A stretch of 64,000 nucleotides of DNA, taken from assembly GCA_038243585.1 (NCBI GenBank), contig JBBSQY010000012.1, forward strand, positions 12,645-76,644. Reading direction: 5' to 3'. The notes below the pieces were generated by a model. The model saw only the letters and a list, made by a program, of their open reading frames with translations, was not told where the DNA came from and did not search any database. The position numbers and the translations under genes are program-made. This DNA comes from Candidatus Sumerlaeales bacterium. GTDB lineage: Bacteria > Sumerlaeota > Sumerlaeia > Sumerlaeales > Sumerlaeaceae. Shown one piece after another: positions 20,501 through 30,520 of this stretch. How positions within the stretch are numbered: the stretch's first letter is position 1; each line of letters begins with the position of its first letter.

Positions 20501-20571
20501 AGCGGGGTCAATTCACCGACGCCGCTTTTGGCTGGTTTGGCTTTGGACGGCTCTTTTGATTGGTCTGTCAT
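17554..20571 (-). CDS. mutS: DNA mismatch repair protein MutS (with insertions)
   Basis: GDFYE, TGPNMAGKST, DEIGRGTST, FATHYHEL and SYGI motifs. Confidence 0.97.
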   Translation of the reverse strand: MTDQSKEPSKAKPAKSGVGELTPLLRQYQQIKAEHPDHVLFFRCGDFYEMFFEDARTCSEVMGITLTSRGTDIDGSPVPLAGVPYHSVDGYLARMIRAGYRVAMCEQTENPKTAKGVVRREVVRVVTPGTVLEESLLSDKANNYLVALIAADTTEDKRATALGLAALDFSTGEFLVCEFSAADCAAECITELVRLSPSEVVVTSDQRNWFEGGDVIAALSLDNSPGGANDLRGQTLPLATVDPSGATHYAARQALIQHFGTRDLHGFGLEESVLATRAAGVILQYLAETQRGQLIHVNEVRMHHPGDYMVLDGTTQRSLELVTNLTDASRRHTLFEVLDRTATPMGGRMLRTWILQPLRDSVRINQRLDAVDSLVINHEAREKIGALLKGIADMERIVSRCSCGSANGRDLLSLKNSLQRIGPMRDLIVAAATVPIVGVKGAGFVEMVDGSVSAFVVANGQPPETADSGDDDDSDQNIHDSPHIRNDYIKRVETRDISPQKQAVNEKNLLTVLSAKMNPLEALSARLNAAIADQPPLSIRDGGMLNAGYNAELDELRSLTGDSKSWIAALRQREAERTGINNLKVGFNRVFGYYLEVSHSHVAKVPPEWIRKQTLTSGERYVTPELKEKEEVILNADERANELEFKLFEELRAAVCAEARQIQATAQAVAQLDALYSFAVTACARRYVRPTVEDQGRDSSPSRPQPPSEIIIRDGRHPVLETLRSETPFVPNDTRLDNVAEQILIITGPNMAGKSTYIRQVALITLMAHIGSFVPATEARMAPVDRIFTRVGAMDQIAKGQSTFLVEMSETANILNNATDNSLVILDEIGRGTSTYDGLSIAWSVVEYLHNTPGRRPKTLFATHYHELAGLEGPLERVRNYNVAVHEEEERVAFLYRILRGHTDHSYGIYAAQVAGLPRTAVQRARRILADLEKGNAIHVQTGAAGSGGGKPESSLRVEERTVQLTFFDLQDHPVLEKIRALEINALTPFQALSVLAELKQDAKK
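18461..18486 (-). repeat. REP family A copy in frame within mutS (encodes GRDSSPSRP)
   Basis: GGACGGCTCGGCGAGCTATCCCTACC; 2 mismatches to the copy at 61556. Confidence 0.85.
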
Positions 20572-20623
20572 GGGTTTGGTTACGGATCAGTTATGAGTTC
20601 GTGGCCGGGGTATTCCTTGAACG

Positions 20624-20649
20624 GGTAGGGATGGGCCGCCGAGCCGTAC
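20624..20649 (+). repeat. REP family A copy (intergenic, degenerate)
   Basis: GGTAGGGATGGGCCGCCGAGCCGTAC. Confidence 0.7.
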
Positions 20650-20724
20650 GAAGCCCATGCGAATTGTGCACGCGGATAAGCTGGCCCACGGAATACTGAA
20701 CCGGCAAACCGGGTAAACAGGTTC

Positions 20725-21495
20725 ATGTATATCTCAAAAATTCTTCCAGTGGCGCTCATACTTGCCACATCTGCCCTCGCGCAGGCAGCCCCTCTTATCG
20801 GCATTAACGTCGACGCTTCCGGCGACTCCGTGACCGATACCCGCTTTGTCCTCTCGTCCAGTTACGTCGACGCCATCACCAGCGCTGGCGGCATTCCCCT
20901 GCTGCTGCCTCCGGCACTCAATCCTGACGCAGTTGCGCGTTATGCGGAGCTGTGCGACGGCTTTCTATTCACTGGCGGGCGCGACATAAACCCCAGCCGC
21001 TATGGCAACGAGATGAGCACTTATACGAAACTCGTAAACCCGCGCCGCGAAAACTTTGATTTCGCGCTCATTGATGCGGTTCTGGCAGCAAAAAAGCCGA
21101 TTTTGGGTATTTGTCTCGGATCGCAGGAGTTAAACGTGGCGCTGGGCGGCAGCATGATTCAGGATCTGCCCACGGAAACGTCGTCTACCGTTGCCCATAA
21201 GCCGGGCAACGTTGAGAACTATGCGCACTTCGTGGAAGTAACCACGGGTACGAAGCTACAGGACATCACTGGCACGACCACCCTGCAGGTAAACAGCAGC
21301 CACCACCAGGCCTGTGACCGCCTGGGCAGCGGCGTTTTGGTAATGGCCCGTGCGCCGGATGGCATCGTGGAAAGCTTTCAGGTGGAAAATCAACCTTTCG
21401 CCATGGGAGTTCAGTGGCACCCGGAACACCTGACCACCGCGCCGGAACATCTGGCAGTATATGAGGCGCTGGTAAAAGCCGCCGAAAAGAAGTAG
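20725..21495 (+). CDS. Gamma-glutamyl hydrolase, PuuD/peptidase C26 family, with signal peptide
   Basis: GGRDI.P..Y, GICLGSQ nucleophile elbow, VNSSHHQA and GVQWHPE; AQA signal cleavage site. Confidence 0.85.
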   Translation: MYISKILPVALILATSALAQAAPLIGINVDASGDSVTDTRFVLSSSYVDAITSAGGIPLLLPPALNPDAVARYAELCDGFLFTGGRDINPSRYGNEMSTYTKLVNPRRENFDFALIDAVLAAKKPILGICLGSQELNVALGGSMIQDLPTETSSTVAHKPGNVENYAHFVEVTTGTKLQDITGTTTLQVNSSHHQACDRLGSGVLVMARAPDGIVESFQVENQPFAMGVQWHPEHLTTAPEHLAVYEALVKAAEKK

Positions 21496-21514
21496 CATAG
21501 GCGTCCCGCCTGTG
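21492..21514 (+). repeat. GTAG-type REP-like element (family B) overlapping the stop codon
   Basis: GTAG CATAGGC GTCCC GCCTGTG: GTAG followed by an imperfect palindrome. Confidence 0.55.
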
Positions 21515-21700
21515 TGACGCGGGCGGGAAATATAACCCTAAATAGCCATTCATTCACCCAAACATGATCGGCTTGGTTTCAACGCTGTAACCTGTTGGCG
21601 GGGGGTGCGGGCGTTTATCGCCTCCGCCGGCAGTCCGGGGTTCGTGCCGCGTACGGTCACGTCCCGGAGGCGGAGGATCCAGTTTAAAGTTTCTCCGGAA

Positions 21701-23119
21701 TCAATATTGGACAGCCTCATTCCAATCGACTTGAGCCGGTGCGGTTTCAGGTTCAAAATACCACAAATCGTTTTGCCGTAAAATACGGGGATAGGGGTCA
21801 TAGCTAACTATTCCGCCAAATAGCCAGAGCCGTCCCGATGCGCCATACCAAGCCGGCGCATGCGAGCGGGCACCGGGATGTGCTGTAACTCCTTCCGCTG
21901 GATAAACTGCCATTTCATCAACTCGGGATGACCCATTAATCCATGTCCAGTTTCCGGTTGCAGTATTGTAGTTCCATAAAGCTGCTGAAGTTTCATTTGC
22001 CGGCCCGACAATTCCACCCATAAGCCACAGATGGTCTGTGGAATCATTCCATCCTATAGCTCCAAATGCCCGCGGTGGATTATTGCCAGGCGCGGGAACC
22101 CCTTGTTCACCGTATATGGCTTCTCCTGTTGGCCGATCAACACCCTTCATCTAGGTCCAAAGCCCCGTTGACGGCGTAAACTTCCATAGATCGTTAAGGA
22201 AGCCGCCTGACGTAGCGCCAAATCCAGACCCTCCAAACAGCCATAAGTTTCCTTGAGAATCCGTCCAAGATACACTGCCGTCTCTTGCACCGGGAATGTT
22301 GTCTGGCGCCTGCACTCCCTGCACCCCATACGTTCCACGGCTGTTAAAAGTGTTGCTTCCTCCCACCCATGTCCACCTGTTGGATGTCGGATTATATCTC
22401 CAGAAATCATTCAACGCTACCTGTTGCGAACCGGAGGTTGTTCTTCCTCCGAACATCCACAGATCGCCTTTGCTGTCTGCCCATGAGGCAGCCCTATACC
22501 TGGCGCCAGGGCAGGTTTCCGTAGTTGCGATATCACGAATTCCGTAATTGCCCGGCTGGTTTTTCTGGTCGCTGCCATGCTTCCATGTCCAATTGTCTGT
22601 TAAAGGCTCATATTTCCACAGGTCGTTAAAGCTAGATCCCGGTGATCCGACGCTCCCCCCAAACAACCACAAAATTCCGGAACTATCGACCCATGTAGAT
22701 GCCGCATCTCGCGCCCCTGGAGAGTTCGCGGGGTTACCCTCTCCCTTTGTGCCATATATGCCAGGTGCATTAGGACTACTGCTTCCTTTCATCCACGTCC
22801 AATAGCCGGTTTCGGTGTTATACTTCCACAGGTCATTCATGATTCCGTAGCTATTTCCGCCGAAGAGCCACAAATTCCCATCTGTTCCTGTCCGTGCGGA
22901 GGCACTAGACCTGACTCCCGGCCAATTTGCAGGCGCGGATTCTCCCAGTGCTCCGTAAAACGCGTCGCGGGGCTGAGGGCTCCCATTAAAGCAGGTCCAT
23001 TGATTAGGAGCGGCGTGAGATGAGTGGGATAATAGGACGAAGATTAGTAGCGCCGGAACCGTGCGCAAGGCACTGTGGAAGCTGCGCAAAAGTCTTGCCG
23101 GTAAATTAAGTTTTGCCAT
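21701..23119 (-). pseudogene. Secreted kelch-repeat beta-propeller, split by an in-frame TAG at 22151-22153
   Basis: Repeats of PGAR..A..W.D..G.LWLFGG...NDLWKY...WTW..G. The two tracked ORFs abut in frame as W-T-*-M-K-G. Confidence 0.8.
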
Positions 23120-23387
23120 CGGGCAAAAACTGATCTGGTTGCCTTTAAACATACGTCGGCTTTCGAGTAACGATATAGGCAACAATACCATCTATAGCAG
23201 GATCGCTGTCAACTACTAGCCTGGCTAGCTAACAGAAACAGGTAAAACCCGCGTCAAAGTTAATATTTTCAACCGCGCCGTGATGCTCTTGTATAAGCCG
23301 AGGAAACCATCTGTACCGCATACCCACCTCAAATCCAGGCGCATCACCGTTCAGCCAGACTCCCTGGTGGCTTTGGTCTATAGAAAA

Positions 23388-23424
23388 GCGGTAGCCGGGC
23401 GGGCACTACCCGCTCTGCTACCGC
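23388..23424. repeat. GTAG...CTAC palindrome (REP-like hairpin)
   Basis: gcggtagc cgggcggg cacta cccgctct gctaccgc. Confidence 0.5.
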
Positions 23425-23505
23425 AGTCCAAATACGCGCATGTTGGTGCCGGGGTTGAAGTTGCAGATACGGAATCTGCCAAGCAGAATCGCAAATATGG
23501 GTAAT

Positions 23506-23537
23506 AAAAAAACCGCCGCCTTGCGGGCGGCGGTTTT
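23506..23537 (-). terminator. Rho-independent terminator
   Basis: ccgccgcc/ggcggcgg stem with T7 on the minus strand, just after the stop at 23542. Confidence 0.8.
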
Positions 23538-23541
23538 AATG

Positions 23542-24135
23542 CTATTCTTCGTCGTTTTCCTCGTCGTCGTCGTCATCGTCCGAGTCATATTCTTCTTCGT
23601 CCATCTCACGAATGCGAAGCACGCCTTCCTGATCGTGAAATCCGATGCAGACCACAACTTCTGGATCCGGCAGGATATCAACGCAGCGGCCAAATGCCGC
23701 TATGGTGCGGGCAATCAGGTAACCATTAATGCCACGATCTTTGTCTTCGGTGTCAAAAGACGCTTCAAAGAGATCGGCCAGCTCGGGAGCGGCGGGGCCT
23801 TCGATTTCCTCATCGGGAACCGTTGCCCAGTCGTCGTCTTCCTCTTCTTCTGAGTTGTACTCAGAGCAAAGGAAGAACGCGCCGGTCCAGTGGTTTTCCA
23901 TTTCGTATTCGAAATAGACCGCCACGGCGTCAATCTCTTCCGCCTCTTCGTAAGAGCGTTTCAGGCCTTCTTCAAGCTCTTCCATGTAATCAGCCAGGTC
24001 AACTTCGGCGATTTTTTTTGCCGAGTCTTTCCCGGCAAGTTTTTCGCACCTTTTTTTGGCTGCTTTTTCCAGACCATCCCAATCGCCTTCGGCGATGTAG
24101 TCTTTCATCTCTTCTATCTGATCATATATACGCAC
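23542..24135 (-). CDS. Highly acidic hypothetical protein
   Basis: GTG 24135 preceded by GGAG; D/E-rich, AVYFEY motif; followed by a terminator. Confidence 0.65.
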   Translation of the reverse strand: MRIYDQIEEMKDYIAEGDWDGLEKAAKKRCEKLAGKDSAKKIAEVDLADYMEELEEGLKRSYEEAEEIDAVAVYFEYEMENHWTGAFFLCSEYNSEEEEDDDWATVPDEEIEGPAAPELADLFEASFDTEDKDRGINGYLIARTIAAFGRCVDILPDPEVVVCIGFHDQEGVLRIREMDEEEYDSDDDDDDEENDEE

Positions 24136-24301
24136 GGTGCCGGTCTCCGGTTTTACAGTCGCTCGAAACAGCCGGCATGGTGCCCGGCTCCGAGAAAACA
24201 ACCGTAAAGAGCATGGCACAAAAAATTTCCCTTGCGCCCATAAATCAACATACTCAAAATAATTTTGTATATCCGGCACGGGTTTTGTAGATGCTCTCAC
24301 T

Positions 24302-26014
24302 ATGAGTGAAAATTTTGCATCTGTTCCGGGTGACCTAGGCGAACTTCCGAGCCAGGACGCGGGCATCGGAAACCTTTGGTATAAAGACGCTGTATTTTAT
24401 GAAGTCCATGTTAGGGCGTTCGCAGACAGCAACGGCGACGGCATCGGCGACTTTAAAGGTCTAACCAGCAAGTTGGCCTATATCCGCGATTTGGGAGTCA
24501 CCTGCATATGGCTGCTGCCCTTTTACCCGTCGCCTTTGCGGGACGACGGATATGATATTGCCGATTATTACAATGTAAACCCGGACTATGGCACCATAGA
24601 AGACCTGGTGGAATTCCTGGATACGGCTCATCATATGGGTATTCGCGTTGTTGCGGACCTCGTAATGAACCATACGAGTAGTGATTGCGAATGGTTTCAG
24701 GAGGCTCGACGGGATCCGGACTCGCCATACCGCGATTATTTCGTTTGGAGCGACGACCCTACGAAATACGCCGACGCCCGTATTATTTTCTGCGACACGG
24801 AGGCCAGCAACTGGACTTTCGATCCCGTGGCGGGTCAACACTTCTGGCATCGCTTTTTCAGCCATCAGCCCGATCTGAATTATGAGAACCCGACCGTGCA
24901 GGAAGAGATGCTAAAGGCGCTGGACTTCTGGATGTCAAAGGGCCTGGACGGCTTCCGAGTGGACGCCATTCCCTACCTGTTCGAAGAAGAAGGCACCAAC
25001 TGCGAAAACCTTCCGAAAACCCATGAGTTCTGCAAACGCCTCCGTAAGCACTTCGACGAAAGATATCCAAACGGGCTTCTCCTGGCCGAAGCAAATCAGT
25101 GGCCTCAGGACGTGGTGGAGTATTTCGGCAAGGGCGATCAGTTTCATATGTGCTTCAATTTCCCGCTGATGCCGCGCATGTTTATGGCTATCCGGCGGGA
25201 AGACGCGACCCCCATCATCGACATCATTCGTCAGCTGCCTCTAATTCCTGAGAACTGCCAGTGGGCAACGTTTCTGCGCAATCATGATGAGCTGACGCTG
25301 GAAATGGTGACCGACGACGACCGCGATTATATGTGGAACGAATATGCCAGTGATCCCAGAATGCGCCTGAACCTGGGCATCCGTCGCCGCCTGTTCCCAC
25401 TTATGGACAATGACCGTCGCCAGGTTGAACTGCTTCACAGCATGTTGTTTACCCTGCCAGGAAGCCCGATTCTATATTACGGCGATGAACTGGGCATGGG
25501 AGACAATATTTTCCTCGGCGATCGCAACGGGGTTCGGACGCCGATGCAGTGGAGCAATGATCGGAATGCAGGATTCAGTCGCGCAAACCCGAGCCGTCTC
25601 TATAGCCAAGTCATTATCGATCCGTCTTATAACTACGAGGCCGTCAACGTGGAGAGCGCCATGGCGCTGCGGTCATCGTTTCTCAACTGGCTACGCCAAA
25701 CCATCCAGATTCGCCAGAGCCACAAAGCCTTCAGCCGTGGGAAGGTCGAGTTTTTCGATAATCCTAACAAGAAGGTACTGGCCTATATGTGTCGGTACAA
25801 AGACGATCTCGCTCTTGTCGTAAACAATCTGTCCAGGTTCAGCCAGTTCGTGGAGCTTGATCTGTCTGCTTACGACGGCTACGAGCCTATCGATTTATTT
25901 GGTCATACCCGGTTTCCAACCATAGGCTCCATGAGTTACCTGCTTACGCTTGGCCCTTATGGTTTCTACTGGTTCCGTCTGATTAAAAAGGAAGCGCCAG
26001 AGGTTTCAACTTGA
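24302..26014 (+). CDS. treS: Trehalose synthase (maltose alpha-D-glucosyltransferase, GH13)
   Basis: [40 protein letters not shown] and [13 protein letters not shown] motifs. Confidence 0.95.
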   Translation: MSENFASVPGDLGELPSQDAGIGNLWYKDAVFYEVHVRAFADSNGDGIGDFKGLTSKLAYIRDLGVTCIWLLPFYPSPLRDDGYDIADYYNVNPDYGTIEDLVEFLDTAHHMGIRVVADLVMNHTSSDCEWFQEARRDPDSPYRDYFVWSDDPTKYADARIIFCDTEASNWTFDPVAGQHFWHRFFSHQPDLNYENPTVQEEMLKALDFWMSKGLDGFRVDAIPYLFEEEGTNCENLPKTHEFCKRLRKHFDERYPNGLLLAEANQWPQDVVEYFGKGDQFHMCFNFPLMPRMFMAIRREDATPIIDIIRQLPLIPENCQWATFLRNHDELTLEMVTDDDRDYMWNEYASDPRMRLNLGIRRRLFPLMDNDRRQVELLHSMLFTLPGSPILYYGDELGMGDNIFLGDRNGVRTPMQWSNDRNAGFSRANPSRLYSQVIIDPSYNYEAVNVESAMALRSSFLNWLRQTIQIRQSHKAFSRGKVEFFDNPNKKVLAYMCRYKDDLALVVNNLSRFSQFVELDLSAYDGYEPIDLFGHTRFPTIGSMSYLLTLGPYGFYWFRLIKKEAPEVST

Positions 26015-26024
26015 GATAGCCGCA

Positions 26025-26825
26025 TTAAATTCCTCGCAGCTCGGGGATACCTGCGCCCGGTTCGTCCAAGCGCATTAGCGACTCCCCTACCAATATTGCG
26101 TCGGCTCCGTAACCGGCCACTACCTCGGCATCGTCAGGGGTGTGGATTCCGCTTTCCCCGATGAAAACATATCCCGGCAGCGGCGCGCCCAGGAGTCGCA
26201 TCACTCGTTCTGTCTGCTCGATATCTACTTCAAAATTCTTCAGGTTTCTGTTGTTGATCCCGATGATTTTCGCGCCGGACTCCGCCACGATGTCGGCTTC
26301 GGCTTCGCTGTGAACCTCTGTCACAGAATCCATCTGGAGGCTTGCTGCCAGCTCTCGAAAGTCCACAAGCTGATAACGGTCGAGAATAGACGCGATCAGC
26401 AGGATGGCTGACGCCCCCGCCTCTCGCGCCTCATATATCTGGTACTCGGTAATGGTGAAATCCTTACGCAGCAGAGGCGTCTGTGGCAGCGCCTTCCGAA
26501 TCTGGCGGAGGTAATCGAGGTGTCCCTTGAAAAACTCTTCATCGGTCAGTACGCTAATCGCCGAAGCCCCGTGCTCCGCGTAACTTTCCGCGATATGCAC
26601 CGGGTCGAAGTCTTTTCTGATTATCCCTTTGCTGGGCGACGCTTTTTTCACCTCGGCTATAACATTGAGGGGGGCGTCGGGCTTGCGCTGTATGGCCGCA
26701 CCGAACGCAGGGGGCAAATCAAGCCCGTCCAGTCGTGCGCGGATGTCCGCCAGGCTGCGCGTCCGGCTGACGTGATCTACAAACTCTGTTTTATACGCAA
26801 CGATTTGATCTAGAATATGAGCCAT
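26025..26825 (-). CDS. trpC: Indole-3-glycerol-phosphate synthase
   Basis: IAEVKKASPSKG, SVLTDE.FF.G, LRKDF, GINNRNL and ESGI motifs. Confidence 0.95.
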   Translation of the reverse strand: MAHILDQIVAYKTEFVDHVSRTRSLADIRARLDGLDLPPAFGAAIQRKPDAPLNVIAEVKKASPSKGIIRKDFDPVHIAESYAEHGASAISVLTDEEFFKGHLDYLRQIRKALPQTPLLRKDFTITEYQIYEAREAGASAILLIASILDRYQLVDFRELAASLQMDSVTEVHSEAEADIVAESGAKIIGINNRNLKNFEVDIEQTERVMRLLGAPLPGYVFIGESGIHTPDDAEVVAGYGADAILVGESLMRLDEPGAGIPELRGI

Positions 26826-27010
26826 GGCTGATAATTTCCCAAAATCGGCGGGATATTCATCTTCGAGCGTCGGAACCGACGTTTCGTCCGACAAATACAA
26901 AAACTGATTATCCCGCCTTCTTTCTTTGTTGATACGGTTTTAGCAACACCGGCCAACGATTATCGTTTGCGCTGGCTAACCCGATTTCCTCCGTAAGGCA
27001 ACGACTCCCG

Positions 27011-28846
27011 ATGGCCTCGTTAACCCGCATCTTTTACCGCTTTCGCAGTTTTATCCCCCGGCAGCTTTTACACAGCCCGCTGCTACTGATTTATCTATTT
27101 ACCCTAACGGTGTATCTGGCAAACGGAAGAGGAATCGCCTTTGTGGATACAGGACCCGCCCGTCACCTGGTCCTTTCTCTGATCAGGGATCATGATCTTG
27201 ATTTGTCTGAAATTCGAAACCAGGCAGAAACCCTTGAATTGTCTTATGTTATTAAAGAAGTCGACGGAAAGCTCATTTCTCAGTATCCTGTCGGCGCCGT
27301 GTTCATGGCGGTGCCGTATTATGTCGCGGGCATGCTGGCCGGGCTTTCACCGGATCAGTTTGATGGACTTGCGAAGCTGGAAAAATGGGCCGCAGCTAAC
27401 CTTGGCGCGTTATTATCGGTGCTTTTCTGGGTGCTGCTGAGGCGCAGAACTAATGCGTCAGTAGGCATTCGAATCATTGTGTGGCTTGCTTTCGCGTTCG
27501 GGTCATCTAACTGGGTGGTCAATTCCCAGGGGTTGTGGCAACATACTCCGCTCCAGATTTTTGAGATACTCGCTCTGCTTGCGCTGCCCCGCCATCTGGA
27601 ATTTAAAAAGAGCTTTTTCAGAGTCGCGTTGTGTGGTGTGCTGTTGGGGCTTGCCGGATTTATGCGCCCTACTGGCTATGTTCTGATTCCCGTGTGGGGA
27701 CTCTACCTCATGTGGAAGAATTATCGCTTTGCCCTGCCCTACGGCATCGGCGTTGTACTCGGATTTATCCCGCAGGTGTTGTACAATCTAACTTATCTCC
27801 CCAGAAACGAGGGGGGGTATTTCCAGCTGATATTTACCAATGGATATTTCGACGAGCTGGAGCCGGTCCACAATTTCCTGGCCCTGTTGTTTAACCCCAG
27901 CAGAGGCATAGTCATTTTTTCGCCTTTTGTGCTGGTACTGGTGCTGTGGGCGTTTAAGCGAATCCGCAGATCTGTCGCGCCTGATTTCAGATCAGGGCTG
28001 CTTGCTCTGTCGTCGCTGGGGATATTTGTCGTGTATCTTGGTTTTGAGATTTGGTGGCAGGGGTGGTGTTACGGAGCTCGTTTCCTAAGCGACATCCATC
28101 CGTTCCTTTTGCTGCTTATGGTCCCTCCTCTTGAGTACATCATGTCCCGGCGCGGGCTGGTATCGATTCCTGCAATGGCGTTTGTTTCAGTGTGCCTTAT
28201 CTGGTCTATTGGGGTTCAGGCGCTTGGGGCATGGCGCTACGACGGTGCCTGGGACGGGCGAGTCGTAATCGCGGGATTTGACGATGTCGCCTGGGACTGG
28301 CGTGACAATATTATCGCCGATGCCTGGTCTGGCAATGCCGATCCCTATTACAGATTTCAATCGCCTGACTATTATGAAGTCGTCCCTGGGCACATCTACA
28401 AGGTTGGGATGCGGGAAAGCGCTCAATTTCTGTATTCCGGTTTTTATGGTCAGGAGGACTGGGGCACATGGACCAGAGGAGCGATGCCGGGCGTTATGAC
28501 GATGCACTTCAACGAGGTCCCCGGCAAATTGTACATTGCCGGGATGGGCACAGGCAGCAGTTATGCCCCGGCGCGCTTTACCATCAGCCTGAACGGCAAC
28601 CATGTAAAGAAAGCCCTGATTCATCCCAGCGCATTTGTTAAGTGGAAAACGGAGATTGTTGAGATACCAATCAAGGAAAAGAACCTGACCGGCGGAGTGG
28701 AGCGGGTGTCCATTGTGTCTCACGACGGAGCTCGCGCCATGCCTACAGGCAGGTTCTATGGGATGGGTATAAAATATATGCTTTACGTGCCGACGGCAAT
28801 GAAGGATGTGTCCACATCGGCCATTGAACAGCTAAGGCAAATGTGA
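27011..28846 (+). CDS. Polytopic membrane protein, probable GT-C-fold glycosyltransferase
   Basis: About 10 TM helices; SQYPVG, SQGLWQH, NPSRG...FSP and WWQGWCYGARFL motifs; soluble C-terminal domain. Confidence 0.6.
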   Translation: MASLTRIFYRFRSFIPRQLLHSPLLLIYLFTLTVYLANGRGIAFVDTGPARHLVLSLIRDHDLDLSEIRNQAETLELSYVIKEVDGKLISQYPVGAVFMAVPYYVAGMLAGLSPDQFDGLAKLEKWAAANLGALLSVLFWVLLRRRTNASVGIRIIVWLAFAFGSSNWVVNSQGLWQHTPLQIFEILALLALPRHLEFKKSFFRVALCGVLLGLAGFMRPTGYVLIPVWGLYLMWKNYRFALPYGIGVVLGFIPQVLYNLTYLPRNEGGYFQLIFTNGYFDELEPVHNFLALLFNPSRGIVIFSPFVLVLVLWAFKRIRRSVAPDFRSGLLALSSLGIFVVYLGFEIWWQGWCYGARFLSDIHPFLLLLMVPPLEYIMSRRGLVSIPAMAFVSVCLIWSIGVQALGAWRYDGAWDGRVVIAGFDDVAWDWRDNIIADAWSGNADPYYRFQSPDYYEVVPGHIYKVGMRESAQFLYSGFYGQEDWGTWTRGAMPGVMTMHFNEVPGKLYIAGMGTGSSYAPARFTISLNGNHVKKALIHPSAFVKWKTEIVEIPIKEKNLTGGVERVSIVSHDGARAMPTGRFYGMGIKYMLYVPTAMKDVSTSAIEQLRQM

Positions 28847-29138
28847 GATAGCTTCCACTGCCCTGGCGGTGGCGCAACTCAAGTCCGCATTACAATAGGG
28901 GAATTTTCCAGTTTCAAATGCGCGGCTGGTTCTAGTCTAAAAAACATCTACTATGCCGGTACTGGCGCTAAAGCGGTAAACAAGCCACGCCGAAGCGCGC
29001 TGTAAATCTTTACAAATCAGCAACACCTATAAAATGAGGGTGCAAAGATGGATCCGGCTAAAGCCGGAAACTCGTCCTTCCTATATTATGCTGAGTTGCG
29101 CTCTCTGGCGGCACCCGGACCACTTAGAATTTAACCGT

Positions 29139-30422
29139 CTAATCTGGCAGAGGCTTCCCTTTGGTCTCGGGAGCAAACCAGATCACTATCATTCCCAGTA
29201 CGTATACCATCGATATGGCCATGCCGGCCCGAGCGTAGCTTTGATCAAAGAAGCCCATCAGCGCGCCCATGTTCCAAGCGCCGATTGCAGCCAATATACG
29301 ACCTGCGTTAAAGGCCAACCCTTGCGCGGTAGCGCGTACTCTCGTAGGGAATAGCTCTGGCAGATAAAGCGGCAGCCATCCAAAGAACGACGCGGTGAAG
29401 AAGCCGACCAGTCCGGTGGCAAAGATAAACAGCGGGCCGTACTCTTTCACATAGATGAACAGGAAGTAGGTCGCCGCGACAGAGAACGCGCACAGGAGAA
29501 AATAAGTGGGACGACGACCTATCTTTTGTCCTACAAGCGGAGCGGCCAGGCTGCCCATAATCGCGCCCAGGGCAACCACGAAATGGCTGTAGCCTTTCGC
29601 CGCCGGACGCTCTGGCCCCGCCAGCATATCTGTCCAGAGGGGAATCCACTGAACAATGCCCCAGGTTACAATCAGCGGGATGGATGCGAAAAGAGTCGCC
29701 AGGATAGTTCGGCTCAGCAGCGGCGCAGAAAAAATCTCCTGCAGCGGCTGAACGTTTTTCCCCTTTACCGCGTGTTTCCATTTTTCCGACTCTGGCACAA
29801 ACAGTCTAATAAAAAAGGTCAGCAAGGCTGGCGATGCGCCAACCAGCAACAGCCACCGCCAACTGTCCGGGGTAACAGGCCAAATAATTCCTATAATCCC
29901 AACAATTACAAAACCAAAGTTGGCTGCGGCCCCGATAATGCCGGCCATCAGAGGCCGCAGACGAGCCGGCCATATCTCCATGACCAGCGCCACGCCCAGC
30001 GACCACTCGCCGCCCATACCCAGAGCAGCCAGAAACCGCAACACGCCAAGGTGCCATGGCTCCTGCGCGAAATAACAAAGCCCCGTGAAAATCGAGTAAC
30101 AAAGAATGCTGTACGTCATGGCGCGCACCCGGCCAATCCGGTCGCCCAGCCAGCCAAAGACCAATCCGCCGCCGGCCGCTCCAATAAGAAAACATGCCGT
30201 AACGATACCCATCCAGACCTGAACAAATCCTTCATCAAAAACAGCGCCCGGCGCTTGCATTTCCATCAGCGCGGGACGCGCGATTAAAGGAAATATCCCC
30301 ATCTCCATGCCGTCGAACATCCAGCCGAGGAAAGCCGCAAGGAGGGTCAGAATTTTTGCTTTGTTCGAGATGATTTGAGGCGTGGCCTCGCCTGTAGCGG
30401 ACACGGGGACTTCGTTGGTCAT
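29139..30422 (-). CDS. MFS transporter
   Basis: GWLGDRIGR motif A, GMGGEW and ELFPTRVRAT. Confidence 0.9.
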   Translation of the reverse strand: MTNEVPVSATGEATPQIISNKAKILTLLAAFLGWMFDGMEMGIFPLIARPALMEMQAPGAVFDEGFVQVWMGIVTACFLIGAAGGGLVFGWLGDRIGRVRAMTYSILCYSIFTGLCYFAQEPWHLGVLRFLAALGMGGEWSLGVALVMEIWPARLRPLMAGIIGAAANFGFVIVGIIGIIWPVTPDSWRWLLLVGASPALLTFFIRLFVPESEKWKHAVKGKNVQPLQEIFSAPLLSRTILATLFASIPLIVTWGIVQWIPLWTDMLAGPERPAAKGYSHFVVALGAIMGSLAAPLVGQKIGRRPTYFLLCAFSVAATYFLFIYVKEYGPLFIFATGLVGFFTASFFGWLPLYLPELFPTRVRATAQGLAFNAGRILAAIGAWNMGALMGFFDQSYARAGMAISMVYVLGMIVIWFAPETKGKPLPD

Positions 30423-30520
30423 GAGTAAGCCTTGTTTAAATTCTGTAAAATGTTATTAATGATCAGTGTAGGTAAACGGCCCGTGGGCAGTGTAAACAAA
30501 AACCCGCTGCTGGTAAATCC

